Shown one piece after another: positions 1 through 12,058 of a stretch of 64,000 bases of DNA. Source of the stretch: a virus (lineage: Duplodnaviria > Caudoviricetes); the IMG/VR virus record IMGVR_UViG_3300022601_000013. One strand, 5' to 3'. Under the pieces are notes generated by a model. The model was not told where the DNA came from. It was given only the letters and a program-made list of their open reading frames with translations, and did no database searches. Both the position numbers and the translations under genes were made by a program. Every line of letters starts with the position of its first letter. The stretch's first letter is position 1.

Positions 1-2
1 TT

Positions 3-3000
3 AAGTTAATTGCAAATCCAAAAAACAATCAAGAGAAAATTTACAATGCGTTGATTTCTGGCAATGAGTTAGAGCAAAGCAAAAAAGGAATTGTTAACGG
101 ATATAGTGCCGAAGATAGAACATTAATTGCAAAAGCTATTACAGAAGGTCTTCAGCAAGGTTTAAAGGAAATTAATATTAAATTAGGCAATGGTGGGGAA
201 TTAGCTATTCCAAGCAATGCAGAAATCGCAAGTACAATTCTTAGCAAATTAGGTTTTACTACTAAAACAGATCCGCTGACAGATTTTGTACAAAAACAAT
301 TTAAGAAATCTAATATAGTTGGCGTTGCAAGTTCTGGTGACGACCATTATGTTTCGGATAGTAGCAAGTTTTATAAAGTGCCTCGTAGTATAAACAAATC
401 CGATTTAAACAATGATGACGTACAAATTAGAACTCTTGAATCAATACTTAATTATGTAAATATGTTTTCTGAGGCTACCGAGAAACTTCCAGCAAATGTA
501 AAAGAGTTTAGATACAAAATTGGATCTGGAACAAAAGCAAAGTCAAAATCTATGTATTTGTTTAAAACAGAAGATGGAAAATATATAGCATTAGATAAAT
601 CAAGTTTTGATGATGTTAAAAAAGTATCATCTGATATTATGTATAATCCTAAGTTGTTTGACAAAAATGGTACATATACTGGAGCTGTTTATGGTGTAAA
701 TAATGATAGAGCGTTAACATCTGGACTTTTACCAATAAGTTCAAAAAATGCTGAAGATAATTATAAAAAAGGTATTCCAGTTTCAAAGAGCGTGACTGAA
801 ACGAACAAAAAGCCGTTAGATTTACTTTCAATTCCTGTAAAAGCAATTGAAGCCGAAAATAAAGCTCTTGATAAGCAAGCTGAGAAAACCGAAAATATTA
901 TTGAGAACAATAAGAAACTTACATCTTCATACGAAGGACTTGTTGAAGCAGTTGAGCAGTATGTAAATACAAGTAAAAAGCTTTGGGATGCATATGATAA
1001 CAAAAAAGAAACTAACGAACTTACTAAAGAAAGAAACACAGCAATTGATAAAATTAAAACATTTTTCCCAGTTGATAATACCAACGGTATAAGTGCAAAT
1101 CTTACTCAATCTGGATATGAAATGAACTTGCAAGATGGCAATGTTTCAAGGGAATTTGCAAACAAAGGTGCTGAATTTACATTGCAACACATTGAGTCAA
1201 GCATTAAAGCATCTGAAATAGAACTTGAACAATTAAAAGAAAAAACAGAAGCTGAAGAAAAGCTTGCTCAAAACATAGAAAAAACAACAGAAGCAAAAAA
1301 GAAACAACAAAAGGTAATTAAAGAAACTCCTGTGGTGAACGAAGCACCAAAAGAGCAAACTAATGTTGTCAAAGAAAGTGTAAAGATAGCTGAAAAAGAA
1401 CTTGAAACAAAAAAAGAACAACTTAAGGTTGAAAAAGAGATTACTGCTGAAGAAACAAAAAGAGTAAAAACAAAAAAAACAACTAAAACTAAAACGCAAA
1501 TTAACCTTGATGAAGAGGGTAATAACGAAGATGAAAGAGTTGACATCATACAACAAACTGTAGATAAAGCACTTGAACGACTTAGAAACGCAGAAAACAA
1601 TATTGTTCCAAAACTAAACATTGATTTATCTAAAGTAGAAACTCAAGGCGATTTGCAATATCAGATTGGAAATCTTGTGCAATCATCATTAAATGCCGAT
1701 TTGTCTGTTGGTTCTGTTAATATTGATCACGATATAGCTAAAATTTCTTTGTATAATAAAGAACTTGGTTTAGTAACACAACAAATGTGGCAATTAAAAC
1801 AAGTTGAAGATTCGTTACAGTTAGAATTTCTTGATGCAAGTAAGTTAAATGTAAACTTTGAGCAAGCTGAAAAATACGCAATAGCTCAACAAAAAGCAAT
1901 TGATAGTGCTGAAAATTGGCTTATAAATGCTAACAAGAGATTAAATACTCAAAAAAGAAATTACCAGAAATCTCAAAAAAAGATAGCTGGTTCGACAGAA
2001 TTGATAGATGTCGATGCTACAACATTAGAGGCTCAGGCAGACAAAACAATTGATAGTTTGGTAGCTCATATTCAAGATCGTATAAATAGCAACATGGGCA
2101 AAACTGTTTCAGAGGGACTTAAAAATCAAATTGTAAAAGATTTAAATGCACTTGAGAATGAAATTAAAATACGACAATTAGAACAATATACAAGTACTAC
2201 AATGAGTGCATCTGAAGCAGAGTCTGCAAGACAGGTTATCATTAACACAATAGACTCTATAGCCGCAAACGCAAAACGAAAGAATGTGTTTGACCAAATT
2301 AAAGAAAGTTATGAAAGTTTGCGTTCACGTTTAACAGACAGTTCAATCGAAGGATACATTAGCACTAACTTTACTGATGCTATTAATGAAATGAGAGTTC
2401 TCAGAGCAGATTTATCTAAAAATTCTGCCGAAGAACAAAATCTTAAAAATCTTATTGCCCTTCAAGAAAAATTATATGAAGCAAAAAAGAAGGCAGCAGT
2501 ATTTGATATAAGCGGAGAGTCTAATACTTCTGGTGGAATGAAAGCTCACAGAATTGTTGAAGAATTACAACAACAATATAATGAGTCTGTTAAAGTTTTA
2601 AAAATAGAAGAGCAACGTAATACTATTACTGCACGTCAACAAAAATTACAAGAAGAGTTAAACAAATTTAACTCTGAGCAACGTTCAAAACAACAAGAGA
2701 CAAAAGATAAAGAGCAAGAAACTGCAAACAAAGCAAAACAAGAGCAACCAATAATGCAAACATATGCTTCGTTATTTGATATTACTAAAAACATAAACTC
2801 TATTAATGAGCAAATTATGAAGTATCAAGATAAAAATGATGGTTCGCAAATGTTTGCAAACTATATTTCAAACTTAAAGCTGCAAAGACAAGAGCTTGAA
2901 GTTGAACTTAATACTATAGTTAATGACTTAAGTAATTTTTATGCCAATGGTTATATACAAGGTAATCAAAAAATTAATCCAATTCCTTCAAAGCTTATAG

Positions 3001-6000
3001 ACGGAGAAAGCTATAATTCAATTAGTTCGTTTTTAAATGACATTAAAACACAAGCAGTTTTAAGCGAAAAAGAAATTAATGACTTATTAAATAGCTTTCA
3101 AAAAATGAAAGATATGGATATATCTGGTGGAAATAAGATAGCTGATATAATTAAACCTGTATTTGAAACATCTAATAGACTTGATGGTATTCAAGGATTA
3201 AAGCCAGAAAAAACAGCACCATTAGCTGGAATATCAGATACTATAAAAGCGTATGTTGGCAAAATTAAATCAGGAGAAATGTCATGGGATTCTGATGAAA
3301 TACCATATCTTAAACAGCTTATTGAAATGTATGTTAAATATGGCAATACGCTTGCAGATACAGCTGAAAAAGAACAGAAGTATTTTGCTAACAAACAAAA
3401 ATACACTTCTGGAATGAAACTGTCAGATGTTACTAATGTAAATACAGAAAACGAAAAAGCGTATAGTGATATGAGAAAGAAACTTGAAGATACAGCACGT
3501 AAGATGGCTGAAGAGTCTGGCAAGGGTCAGATTTTTACAACAGGTTTCTCTCAGGGTGCTGACGGCATTGCAAAACTTGATTTCTCTGTGTTTGACTCTG
3601 CTACAAAGTCGTTACAAAACTTTAGGCTTGAGATGGGTAATGTAACTAACAATATGTCTGTTACAGAAACAACTGTATCTAAATCGTTGCGTAATATTAA
3701 CGCAGCACGAAAACAACTTGAATCATCATCAAACTTACTTGGTATTTTAAGTAGTTCGGGTGTAAATGTTGGTGATGGTGCAACAAAATCAGTTTCTAAA
3801 CTTGTTACTCAAATTAGTTTGTTAGATACTGAAATGAGCAAAGGGGATAAGGCAGATCAAAGTAAAATTGCAATGTATACAAAGCAGCTTGGAATTATGT
3901 CTTCTGAAATTGATAAAGCATATAAACAAATGCTTAAGATGGAAGATGGTATTAGCAGCGGAACATTAAAAAACAGAGGTGTTATAGATACAAATAGCAA
4001 TGTGTATACCCAAGCAAAACAACAAATTGAATCTTATGCACAGACTATCCCAAACGCAACAGTAAGTATAGGTGCTTTTAATGAACAGACTGGCAAAATA
4101 CCATTTACTATAAATGTAGCCAATCAAGAAATAAGAAAATGCGAAGCCCAAATAAACTCTTTAAATGGACAAATGACAATTCAAGAAAAGAGCGTTAATC
4201 AGCTTAAAACTAATATTACTCAAGCGGCTGGAGCGTATGACAGGTTTAAGGGTTCATTAGCATCTGTTGGCAAACAGTTGGTTACTGCTGTTATTGGTTA
4301 TAATGCTTTTTATAAAGTTATTAGTATGTTTAGAACTGGTGTAGGCTATGTCAAAGAAATTGATTTAGCAATGACTGAGCTTAAAAAAGTAACTAATGAA
4401 ACATCAGAAACATATGATAAGTTTTTAAACAATGCATACAAATCTGCTGGTCAAGTAGGTGCTACAATATCTGACTTTGTACAGGCAAGTGCTAACTTCG
4501 CAAGACTTGGTTATGACCTTGATCAGACATCAGATATGGCACAAACAGCTATTGTGTATAAAAATGTAGCAGACGGCTTAAACAGTATTGACGATGCTAC
4601 TGAAAGTATTGTTTCTACTATGAAAGCATTTAATGTAGAAGCTGATGCTACAATGACTATAGCTGACAAATTCAACGAAGTTGGTAACTCATACGCTATA
4701 ACTTCAGCAGGCATAGGCGAAGCTTTAAAGCGTTCAGCATCATCATTGGCTGCTGCTGGAAACACATTAGATGAGTCAATTGCTCTTGTAACTGGAGCTA
4801 ATGCAGTAGTTCAAAATCCAGAAGTTGTTGGTACAGCATTAAAAACACTTTCGCTCAGAATCAGAGGTGTTAAGACCGAATTAGAAGAAGCTGGTCTTGA
4901 TGCTGAAAACATGGCTGAAACTACGGCAACATTGCATGAAAAATTATTAGCACTTAGCCACGGAAAAGTTGATATATTAAAAAATGCAGACGAGTTTGAA
5001 TCTACAACTGAAATTTTAAGACAACTTGCGTCAGCATGGGAAGATATGACTGATATGGAACAGGCTGCAGCAATTGAGCTCGTAGCTGGTAAACGTCAGG
5101 CAAACGTTGTGTCATCACTTATGACAAACTTTGATATAGTAGAAGATGCAATACAAACATCAATGAAGTCAGAAGGTTCTGCACTTAAAGAAAATCAAAA
5201 ATATCTTAATTCAATACAAGGTAAAACAGAAGCTCTCACAAGATCAACACAAGAGCTTTGGAATGAATTAATAAGTTCAGAAGTAATTAAATATTTTATT
5301 GATGTAACACAAGGTGTTGTTGATTTTGCTAACGCATTTGGTCCATTAAAAACAACATTGGCTGCAGTATTGACATATTTTATGGCGTTCAAAAAAGTAA
5401 ATCCATTGTTAACAATTCAAGGATTTATAAATCAAATGTCGGCTTATGGAAATGCTTCTACATCGTTGTCAAGCCTTACTGGTTCAATAGGTGTAAGTAA
5501 CTTAGGAACAGCAGAAATAGCTACATACGCAGCAGCTGTACAAAATTTAACGTACCAAAAACAAGCGGCTATACTTGCTACAAACGGTTTAAATCAAGCA
5601 ACTATAAAAGAGATATTACTTGAGAATAAAGCAACAGAAGCTGATATACAATCGGCAATGACACAATCAATTGTTACCAGACAAAAACAAGCTGATACAG
5701 CTGTCAATACAGCTTTAACTATAAGCACAGAAATGGCAAGTAATGCAAAATTAAGCGAGGCTGCAAGCAATTTTCTTTTAGCAAATACTGGGAAAGAGCT
5801 TACAAATCAAATGCTTGCCGAGGCTGTTGGTCGTGGTGCAATTACTAAAGCAACAAAAACAGAAATTGCAGCTAAATTTGGACTTATTGGTGTAAATACT
5901 GGTGTTGCAACATCAATTAAAGGTATTGGAACTGCAATAAGACTCGCCATTAGCTCAAATCCTATAGGGTTTATACTTGCAGTTGTTAGTACTATTGCTA

Positions 6001-9000
6001 TGGCTATTCCACTTTTTGATAGATTTAGTCAATCGGCTGAAGAACTTGCACAAGAAATGGAACAGGTTAAAGATGCATACAAACAAGTGTCTGATGAAAT
6101 TAACAGTAATATATCTAAAATCACTGACGTTGAAGACGAATTTAATCGTCTTTCAAAAGGTGTAAGTGACTTAGGCGAAAATATTTCATTATCGGCAGAC
6201 GATTATGCAAGATATCAAGAAATAGTTCAAGAACTTGTTGGTATATCTCCAAGCCTCATTTCTGGATACGACAAGGAAGGTAAAGCTATTGCGAACAAAA
6301 ATAGTTTAATTGAACGTTCAATTGAGCTTATGGAAAGAGAACAACAACTTGAGGCAAAAAAACTTACTACTGGAGATACAGGCAAAAATGTATTAAAAGA
6401 TATTAAAGACAGATACAATAAAACTGCTGGCAAAAAAAGTAGCGAAACACATGATTTTACAATAAATTACAGTGCAAGCCTTAATGATGAAGTGTGGAAG
6501 CATGTGGGTAAAAATGGTTTTGGCACACCAACAATTATTGAAGAAATTATCGGAGAAGATACATATGGCGGTGACGTAGTAGCGTTCGCAAGAGCGGAAT
6601 ACGAGAAGGTCATAGATGATTTAAGAAATGAAAATAGTGTTATTGAAAAATATCTTGGCACAGAATATGCAAACACCTTAAGAGAACGTGTTGCGGAATA
6701 CGAAGATTCTATGAAAATTTTTGATGCCGAATTAAGTAAAATCAAAAGTGAATACAACGAACAACTTTCTAATACCCTATTAGGTTCAGACGAATACTGG
6801 GATCTTAATAGTGATATGAGAGGTTATGCTCAAAGTTACGTTTTAAATCTTGATGTTAATACTGAAAATATAAATGAAAAAGAAAAGGAAGTAGAAGAAT
6901 TTGTTAAGTTCTTGTCTGAACATCAGGATGATTTTTCAGATACTTTTGAAAAAGGATATGATGCAATATCAAAAACAGACGAAAAAGGTATAGCTATATC
7001 GTACAAAAAGTATATTAAAAATGTTGAAGATTTTAAGAAAGAACTTCAAGATAATACAGTTTATAATGACGAGCAAAAGAACTGGATTCTTTCAACACTT
7101 GGTTTTGATACTATAGATGAAGACTTAGAAAAAAAGGTTGATAAAATAAGAAATACATTAATAACAGACATTGCTGGGCCTACGCATAAAAGCGTTGTTG
7201 GACCGTCAAATGACACTGTAGATAAACAAATTGAAATAGGAAACTTTATTAACAGCCTTTCTACTCAAGATCTTGAAATATTTTACACAATTAGTGCAAG
7301 TCCAAACAGTATGACATTTGATGAAATTATTGCCGCAATACAAAAAGTAAAAGATTCAACTGGTGTAGGCGTTATTGGTATTGAAACACAAAGCTCAATT
7401 GTTGAACAGTTTGAAAAACATAAGGAAATTTTAACTCAAACTCAAGAAATCTTTATGGACAATGTTGCTGTAACAGAAGAGTATAAAACAGCATTAACTG
7501 AACTTGGTATTTCTGCAACAGAATTAAATGAATGTTTCTATGAAGCAAATCCGCTTGTTGTAAAAAATGCTGAAAAACTTAAAGAACTTATAAAGAACAC
7601 AAAAAACAATACAGCAAACAATACAAAATTAGCAAAAAGCCAAGCAATGCTTAAGTACACAAAATTGCAGAAGCAAACTCAAGATTTAGCAAAAAGATAT
7701 AAAACTTTAACATCCGCTGAAAAATCACAGTTAAAGGCAATGTATGAAGAAATGTCAGTTTTGCAGAAAAACATTGCTAAATATTCATTACTTGAACACC
7801 AACTTCTTGGAACAGCTAATGCATATGAAGAGTTTGCGAATGCTCAGGAAATAGACAGTAGCAATACTTATACAGAACAAGCTCAAGATATGGCTAATGC
7901 ACTTGCAGAAGCTTTTAATTCAGCAAAGCTTGGTACAGAAAGTGCTCAAGCCGCAATTAAAGGTCTTGTGCCAGAGAGTGTATATAAGGATATTGACATT
8001 CTTGATGATAAAATGCAAGCTATATACGACTATTTCAACGGTGGCACACTTTCAAAATATATCACAATAGAATACAATGATGATGATCATAGTATTGAAA
8101 GAGTCGAAATAACAATGGAGAATATGAAAAAATTCTTCGAAGATGGCAAAACTAATGGTGTGTTTACTGGAACGTGGGATGAGTTTGATTTAGACCCAAC
8201 AATTAATAGTTTAGACCAGCTTGCCGAAAAGATGAATGTTACAAAAGAAGTGGCATTCGCAGTAATGCAAGAAATGGAAAAATATGATATTAATTGGCTT
8301 GGTGGCGATTTTACTACATTACTTGACAGACTTTCTCCAGATTTTAATAGCCTTGAAAATGAGATTTACAAAACATCTACTGCGATGGCTGAACTTGAAC
8401 AGGAATTCATTAATGGCACTGTCTCGGAAGAAGAGTATGGCGAACAAGTTCAAAAGTTATCTGTTCAAATGAGTGACTTAAACGAAGCGGCAAAAGAAAA
8501 AGCTTTGTCATATATAGAACTTAATAAAGAGATTACTGATGTAACTACAGAATTACAAAATGCACGAAAAGAATTAAACAAAGATCCAGAGAATGAAGAG
8601 GCTTTAAATACTGTTAAAGAGCTATCAGAAAAATACAAAGAGCTTGCAATACGCAAAGCCGAATTGGGCAATTTATCTGAACTTGAAATGGCACAGGCAC
8701 TTGAGGCGGCGAGTATAAATGCAGATAACTTAAATGACTCGTTAAGAGAAGTTGATGGCAATATAGAAACTACAATTGAAGGCTTAGAAAAAACTTATGG
8801 AATTATTGCTAATATAAACTCTGATGGTGGTATTGAACTTTCTATGTCAGGCTCTATGAGCACAGAATTACAAGAACAATTAAAAGGTATAGGAGCTCTT
8901 AAAGATGATGGAACTATTGATATATCTCTGTTCTATAATACTTTAAATGACGAGCAAAAGAAGCAATTTGATTCACTTAATGAGCTTACTGGTAAAAAGA

Positions 9001-12000
9001 ACTTAATCGAATATGCAATGAGCATGGATGGTGAAGACGCAGTGCAAGAGGCTCTTGATGGTATTCTTCAAGTATTAACTAATATCTTTGAGCAACTTCA
9101 ACAGCACCCATCTCTTACTATAAATACTTCTTCAGCAAAAACAAATGTAGATAGTGTTTTAACCTCATTAAAAGACATTGTAAATGGCACATGGGATAAA
9201 TCTGTAACTATTACAAGAACTATAAAAGACCGTGTATCAAGTATATTTGGTTCTGGTCAAGCTAACGGTAATGCAAATGTTAAAGGAAATGCGTATGTTA
9301 ATGGTAAGTTTGGAGCACCAAAAACAGAGGAATCACTTGTTGGCGAACTTGGCCCAGAAATGCGTGTGCGTGGAAACAGATGGGAATTACTTGGAGAAAA
9401 TGGTGCAGAGTTTACAGAAGTTAAAAAAGATGACATAATCTTTAACCATAAACAAACAAAACAACTCCTTGAAAATGGTCATATAAATTCTCGTGGAAAG
9501 GCATATGCTTCTGGAACAGCGTATGCTGGTATTAACACATGGGTAAGTGGCTATCACGATACAAGTGGTAGCGGCAATGGAGATAGTTCATCTTCAGATG
9601 ACGCTAAAGACGAATTCAAAGAAGTCTTCGATTGGTTTGAAGTTAAACTTGAAGAAATCAATGAGTTACTTGATTTATGGGCTGCTCAACTTGAAAATAT
9701 AGTTGATATTTCTGGCAAGGGTGCAAAGATAGATAGTATTATTGACCAAAACAAATATAAGCTTGATATACTTGCACAAGGTCTTAAGCTTTATGAAAAT
9801 TATACAAATCAATTATTAACTGATATTCCTGCACAGTATAGAGAGGCTGCCAAGAACGGAAAAATTGCAATAGAAACATTTGCTGGCGATGCTGGTGAAA
9901 AGACTCTTGAAGCAATAAACAATTATAGAGACTGGGCTCAAAAGGTTGCTGATGTTAAACAGCAAATGGAAGAACTTACTCAGACAATTGCTGATTTAGC
10001 TAAACAGAAATTTGATATTATTGATGAAGGATATGGTAATAAAATAACTCTTATGGAGCTTCAGATTGACAGGTTGAAAGATTCTGTTCAGTTGATAGAA
10101 GATAAGGGTAATATTGCTGCTTCTCAATATTATGATGCAATGACTAATATAACAAATGATAGAATTAGCAAATTACAAGAAGAACATAAGCTGTTACAGA
10201 AGTCGTTAGACGAATCTGTTGAGGCTGGAGATATTGCTAAATATTCTGATAGATGGTATGAAATGGTTGAAGCAATATATACTGTTGACCAAGAAATCAT
10301 GGAATGCACATCAGACCTTGAAGAATTCCAAAATGCAATCAATGAAATTCATTGGAATAATTTTGATGAGTTAGTTAACAGACTTGAGTACTTACAATCA
10401 GAAACTGATAGCTTAATTGACTTAATGGAGCAAACTGGTGAAATTATTGATTATCCAAAAGATAATGAATACTGGGGAGCAAAGGATGTTGCGTGGAGCA
10501 AAGAGGGCATTACATCTTTAGGATTGTATGCTCAAAAAATGGAAATTGCTGAATACACATCTGAACAATATGCTAAGGCAATTGATAATCTTAATAAAGA
10601 TTATAAGGCTGGTAAGTATAGTGTTAGTGAATATCAGGAGAAACTTGATGAATTAAAACAAGCTCAGTATGACTCAATTAAAACCTACTATGATGCTCAA
10701 GATGCAATTGTAGACCTTAATAAAACCAGAGTTGATGCAATAAAAGATGGCATTAATAAGGAAATAGAAGCATACGAAAAACTTATAAACAAAAAGAAAG
10801 AAGAGCTTAGTGTCGAAAAGGATATGTATGACTTCCAGAAAGATATAGCTGAGAAACAAAAAGATATAAGTGCAATTGAAAGAAAAATATCAGCATTATC
10901 TATGGACAATTCCGCTTCAGCAGTAGCACAAAGAAAGAAACTTGAAGCAGAACTTGCAGAAGCTAAAAACACTCTTGATGAAACATATTACGACAGAAGC
11001 ATCACAGACCAACAAAACGCCCTTGATAAGGAACTTGAAAGCTTTAAAGAACAAAAAGATGCTGAAATAGAAAAGTGGGAAGAATATTTAGAAGATGTTC
11101 AAAAAGTTGTAGCAGATAGTCTTGGTATTGTGCAGACAAATGCTATTGGTGTTTATGACACATTATCTGAAAAGGCTTCTGAATATAATTTAACATTGTC
11201 AAATTCCATAACAACTCCTTGGAAGGACGGTATGAATGCCGTTAGTTCATATCAAGAAACATTTAATACTGCTTCAAGCTCTACATATGAACAGCTTGGT
11301 AATATTAAGCAACAGTGGCAAGATATTATTGATTTAATGGTTAAAGCTGCTAATGTTGATATTAGTAATCAAAAAGTTGACAATCAAACTCATGTTGCCG
11401 CTGAAAAGAAACAGCAACCTACAAAACAAACTACTACTACACAACAATCACAATCAACTTCTGCAAAATCTGCTCAACCAAGCACATCTGCAGGAAGTAC
11501 AATTACAGTAAAATCTACAGCAACACATTTTGCTACAGGTCAGCGTATGGCAAGTTTTGTTCCTGGCGGTAGTTATACCGTATATCAGGATAATGGTGAC
11601 AGAGTTCTGATTGGTAGAAATGGTGCTTATACTGGCTGGATTTACAAAAAAGATATTCAAGGATATGCGTCAGGCACAACTGGTGTAAAGAATAATCAAC
11701 TTGCATTGATTGATGAACTCGGTGAGGAGTTAGTTATGCATGCAGATGGAAATGGAAAGCTTACTTTCTTGTCAAAAGGAAGCTCGGTAATTCCACATGA
11801 CATTTCTGAAAACTTAATGAAGATTGGCTCAATTGACCCTCAAGAAGTTTTAGACAGAAATAGAGCATCTATCAGCATTGCACCAAGTGTTGCAAACAAT
11901 AATGTAAATATAAACATTAGTTATGGAGATATTTTACATATTGATAAGTTTGATGGAAACAATCCTGAAGACATAGCTAAACTCGTTGAGGCACGATTTA

Positions 12001-12050
12001 ATGAACACACTAAGAGCTTAAACAACTCGTTGAAAAAGTATGTAAGATAA
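3..12050 (+). CDS. giant phage tail tape measure protein, 5'-truncated by the window
   Basis: Frame is open upstream of the TTG at 51 to the window edge. TP901-type TMP core (VKEIDLAMTELKKVT...FARLGY...KFNEVGN), hydrophobic segments, long coiled coils, GELGPE/DELGEE motifs, SH3-like C-terminal segment; precedes Dit/Tal-like genes. Confidence 0.9.
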   Translation, partial: KLIANPKNNQEKIYNALISGNELEQSKKGIVNGYSAEDRTLIAKAITEGLQQGLKEINIKLGNGGELAIPSNAEIASTILSKLGFTTKTDPLTDFVQKQFKKSNIVGVASSGDDHYVSDSSKFYKVPRSINKSDLNNDDVQIRTLESILNYVNMFSEATEKLPANVKEFRYKIGSGTKAKSKSMYLFKTEDGKYIALDKSSFDDVKKVSSDIMYNPKLFDKNGTYTGAVYGVNNDRALTSGLLPISSKNAEDNYKKGIPVSKSVTETNKKPLDLLSIPVKAIEAENKALDKQAEKTENIIENNKKLTSSYEGLVEAVEQYVNTSKKLWDAYDNKKETNELTKERNTAIDKIKTFFPVDNTNGISANLTQSGYEMNLQDGNVSREFANKGAEFTLQHIESSIKASEIELEQLKEKTEAEEKLAQNIEKTTEAKKKQQKVIKETPVVNEAPKEQTNVVKESVKIAEKELETKKEQLKVEKEITAEETKRVKTKKTTKTKTQINLDEEGNNEDERVDIIQQTVDKALERLRNAENNIVPKLNIDLSKVETQGDLQYQIGNLVQSSLNADLSVGSVNIDHDIAKISLYNKELGLVTQQMWQLKQVEDSLQLEFLDASKLNVNFEQAEKYAIAQQKAIDSAENWLINANKRLNTQKRNYQKSQKKIAGSTELIDVDATTLEAQADKTIDSLVAHIQDRINSNMGKTVSEGLKNQIVKDLNALENEIKIRQLEQYTSTTMSASEAESARQVIINTIDSIAANAKRKNVFDQIKESYESLRSRLTDSSIEGYISTNFTDAINEMRVLRADLSKNSAEEQNLKNLIALQEKLYEAKKKAAVFDISGESNTSGGMKAHRIVEELQQQYNESVKVLKIEEQRNTITARQQKLQEELNKFNSEQRSKQQETKDKEQETANKAKQEQPIMQTYASLFDITKNINSINEQIMKYQDKNDGSQMFANYISNLKLQRQELEVELNTIVNDLSNFYANGYIQGNQKINPIPSKLIDGESYNSISSFLNDIKTQAVLSEKEINDLLNSFQKMKDMDISGGNKIADIIKPVFETSNRLDGIQGLKPEKTAPLAGISDTIKAYVGKIKSGEMSWDSDEIPYLKQLIEMYVKYGNTLADTAEKEQKYFANKQKYTSGMKLSDVTNVNTENEKAYSDMRKKLEDTARKMAEESGKGQIFTTGFSQGADGIAKLDFSVFDSATKSLQNFRLEMGNVTNNMSVTETTVSKSLRNINAARKQLESSSNLLGILSSSGVNVGDGATKSVSKLVTQISLLDTEMSKGDKADQSKIAMYTKQLGIMSSEIDKAYKQMLKMEDGISSGTLKNRGVIDTNSNVYTQAKQQIESYAQTIPNATVSIGAFNEQTGKIPFTINVANQEIRKCEAQINSLNGQMTIQEKSVNQLKTNITQAAGAYDRFKGSLASVGKQLVTAVIGYNAFYKVISMFRTGVGYVKEIDLAMTELKKVTNETSETYDKFLNNAYKSAGQVGATISDFVQASANFARLGYDLDQTSDMAQTAIVYKNVADGLNSIDDATESIVSTMKAFNVEADATMTIADKFNEVGNSYAITSAGIGEALKRSASSLAAAGNTLDESIALVTGANAVVQNPEVVGTALKTLSLRIRGVKTELEEAGLDAENMAETTATLHEKLLALSHGKVDILKNADEFESTTEILRQLASAWEDMTDMEQAAAIELVAGKRQANVVSSLMTNFDIVEDAIQTSMKSEGSALKENQKYLNSIQGKTEALTRSTQELWNELISSEVIKYFIDVTQGVVDFANAFGPLKTTLAAVLTYFMAFKKVNPLLTIQGFINQMSAYGNASTSLSSLTGSIGVSNLGTAEIATYAAAVQNLTYQKQAAILATNGLNQATIKEILLENKATEADIQSAMTQSIVTRQKQADTAVNTALTISTEMASNAKLSEAASNFLLANTGKELTNQMLAEAVGRGAITKATKTEIAAKFGLIGVNTGVATSIKGIGTAIRLAISSNPIGFILAVVSTIAMAIPLFDRFSQSAEELAQEMEQVKDAYKQVSDEINSNISKITDVEDEFNRLSKGVSDLGENISLSADDYARYQEIVQELVGISPSLISGYDKEGKAIANKNSLIERSIELMEREQQLEAKKLTTGDTGKNVLKDIKDRYNKTAGKKSSETHDFTINYSASLNDEVWKHVGKNGFGTPTIIEEIIGEDTYGGDVVAFARAEYEKVIDDLRNENSVIEKYLGTEYANTLRERVAEYEDSMKIFDAELSKIKSEYNEQLSNTLLGSDEYWDLNSDMRGYAQSYVLNLDVNTENINEKEKEVEEFVKFLSEHQDDFSDTFEKGYDAISKTDEKGIAISYKKYIKNVEDFKKELQDNTVYNDEQKNWILSTLGFDTIDEDLEKKVDKIRNTLITDIAGPTHKSVVGPSNDTVDKQIEIGNFINSLSTQDLEIFYTISASPNSMTFDEIIAAIQKVKDSTGVGVIGIETQSSIVEQFEKHKEILTQTQEIFMDNVAVTEEYKTALTELGISATELNECFYEANPLVVKNAEKLKELIKNTKNNTANNTKLAKSQAMLKYTKLQKQTQDLAKRYKTLTSAEKSQLKAMYEEMSVLQKNIAKYSLLEHQLLGTANAYEEFANAQEIDSSNTYTEQAQDMANALAEAFNSAKLGTESAQAAIKGLVPESVYKDIDILDDKMQAIYDYFNGGTLSKYITIEYNDDDHSIERVEITMENMKKFFEDGKTNGVFTGTWDEFDLDPTINSLDQLAEKMNVTKEVAFAVMQEMEKYDINWLGGDFTTLLDRLSPDFNSLENEIYKTSTAMAELEQEFINGTVSEEEYGEQVQKLSVQMSDLNEAAKEKALSYIELNKEITDVTTELQNARKELNKDPENEEALNTVKELSEKYKELAIRKAELGNLSELEMAQALEAASINADNLNDSLREVDGNIETTIEGLEKTYGIIANINSDGGIELSMSGSMSTELQEQLKGIGALKDDGTIDISLFYNTLNDEQKKQFDSLNELTGKKNLIEYAMSMDGEDAVQEALDGILQVLTNIFEQLQQHPSLTINTSSAKTNVDSVLTSLKDIVNGTWDKSVTITRTIKDRVSSIFGSGQANGNANVKGNAYVNGKFGAPKTEESLVGELGPEMRVRGNRWELLGENGAEFTEVKKDDIIFNHKQTKQLLENGHINSRGKAYASGTAYAGINTWVSGYHDTSGSGNGDSSSSDDAKDEFKEVFDWFEVKLEEINELLDLWAAQLENIVDISGKGAKIDSIIDQNKYKLDILAQGLKLYENYTNQLLTDIPAQYREAAKNGKIAIETFAGDAGEKTLEAINNYRDWAQKVADVKQQMEELTQTIADLAKQKFDIIDEGYGNKITLMELQIDRLKDSVQLIEDKGNIAASQYYDAMTNITNDRISKLQEEHKLLQKSLDESVEAGDIAKYSDRWYEMVEAIYTVDQEIMECTSDLEEFQNAINEIHWNNFDELVNRLEYLQSETDSLIDLMEQTGEIIDYPKDNEYWGAKDVAWSKEGITSLGLYAQKMEIAEYTSEQYAKAIDNLNKDYKAGKYSVSEYQEKLDELKQAQYDSIKTYYDAQDAIVDLNKTRVDAIKDGINKEIEAYEKLINKKKEELSVEKDMYDFQKDIAEKQKDISAIERKISALSMDNSASAVAQRKKLEAELAEAKNTLDETYYDRSITDQQNALDKELESFKEQKDAEIEKWEEYLEDVQKVVADSLGIVQTNAIGVYDTLSEKASEYNLTLSNSITTPWKDGMNAVSSYQETFNTASSSTYEQLGNIKQQWQDIIDLMVKAANVDISNQKVDNQTHVAAEKKQQPTKQTTTTQQSQSTSAKSAQPSTSAGSTITVKSTATHFATGQRMASFVPGGSYTVYQDNGDRVLIGRNGAYTGWIYKKDIQGYASGTTGVKNNQLALIDELGEELVMHADGNGKLTFLSKGSSVIPHDISENLMKIGSIDPQEVLDRNRASISIAPSVANNNVNINISYGDILHIDKFDGNNPEDIAKLVEARFNEHTKSLNNSLKKYVR

Positions 12051-12058
12051 ATTTATAT

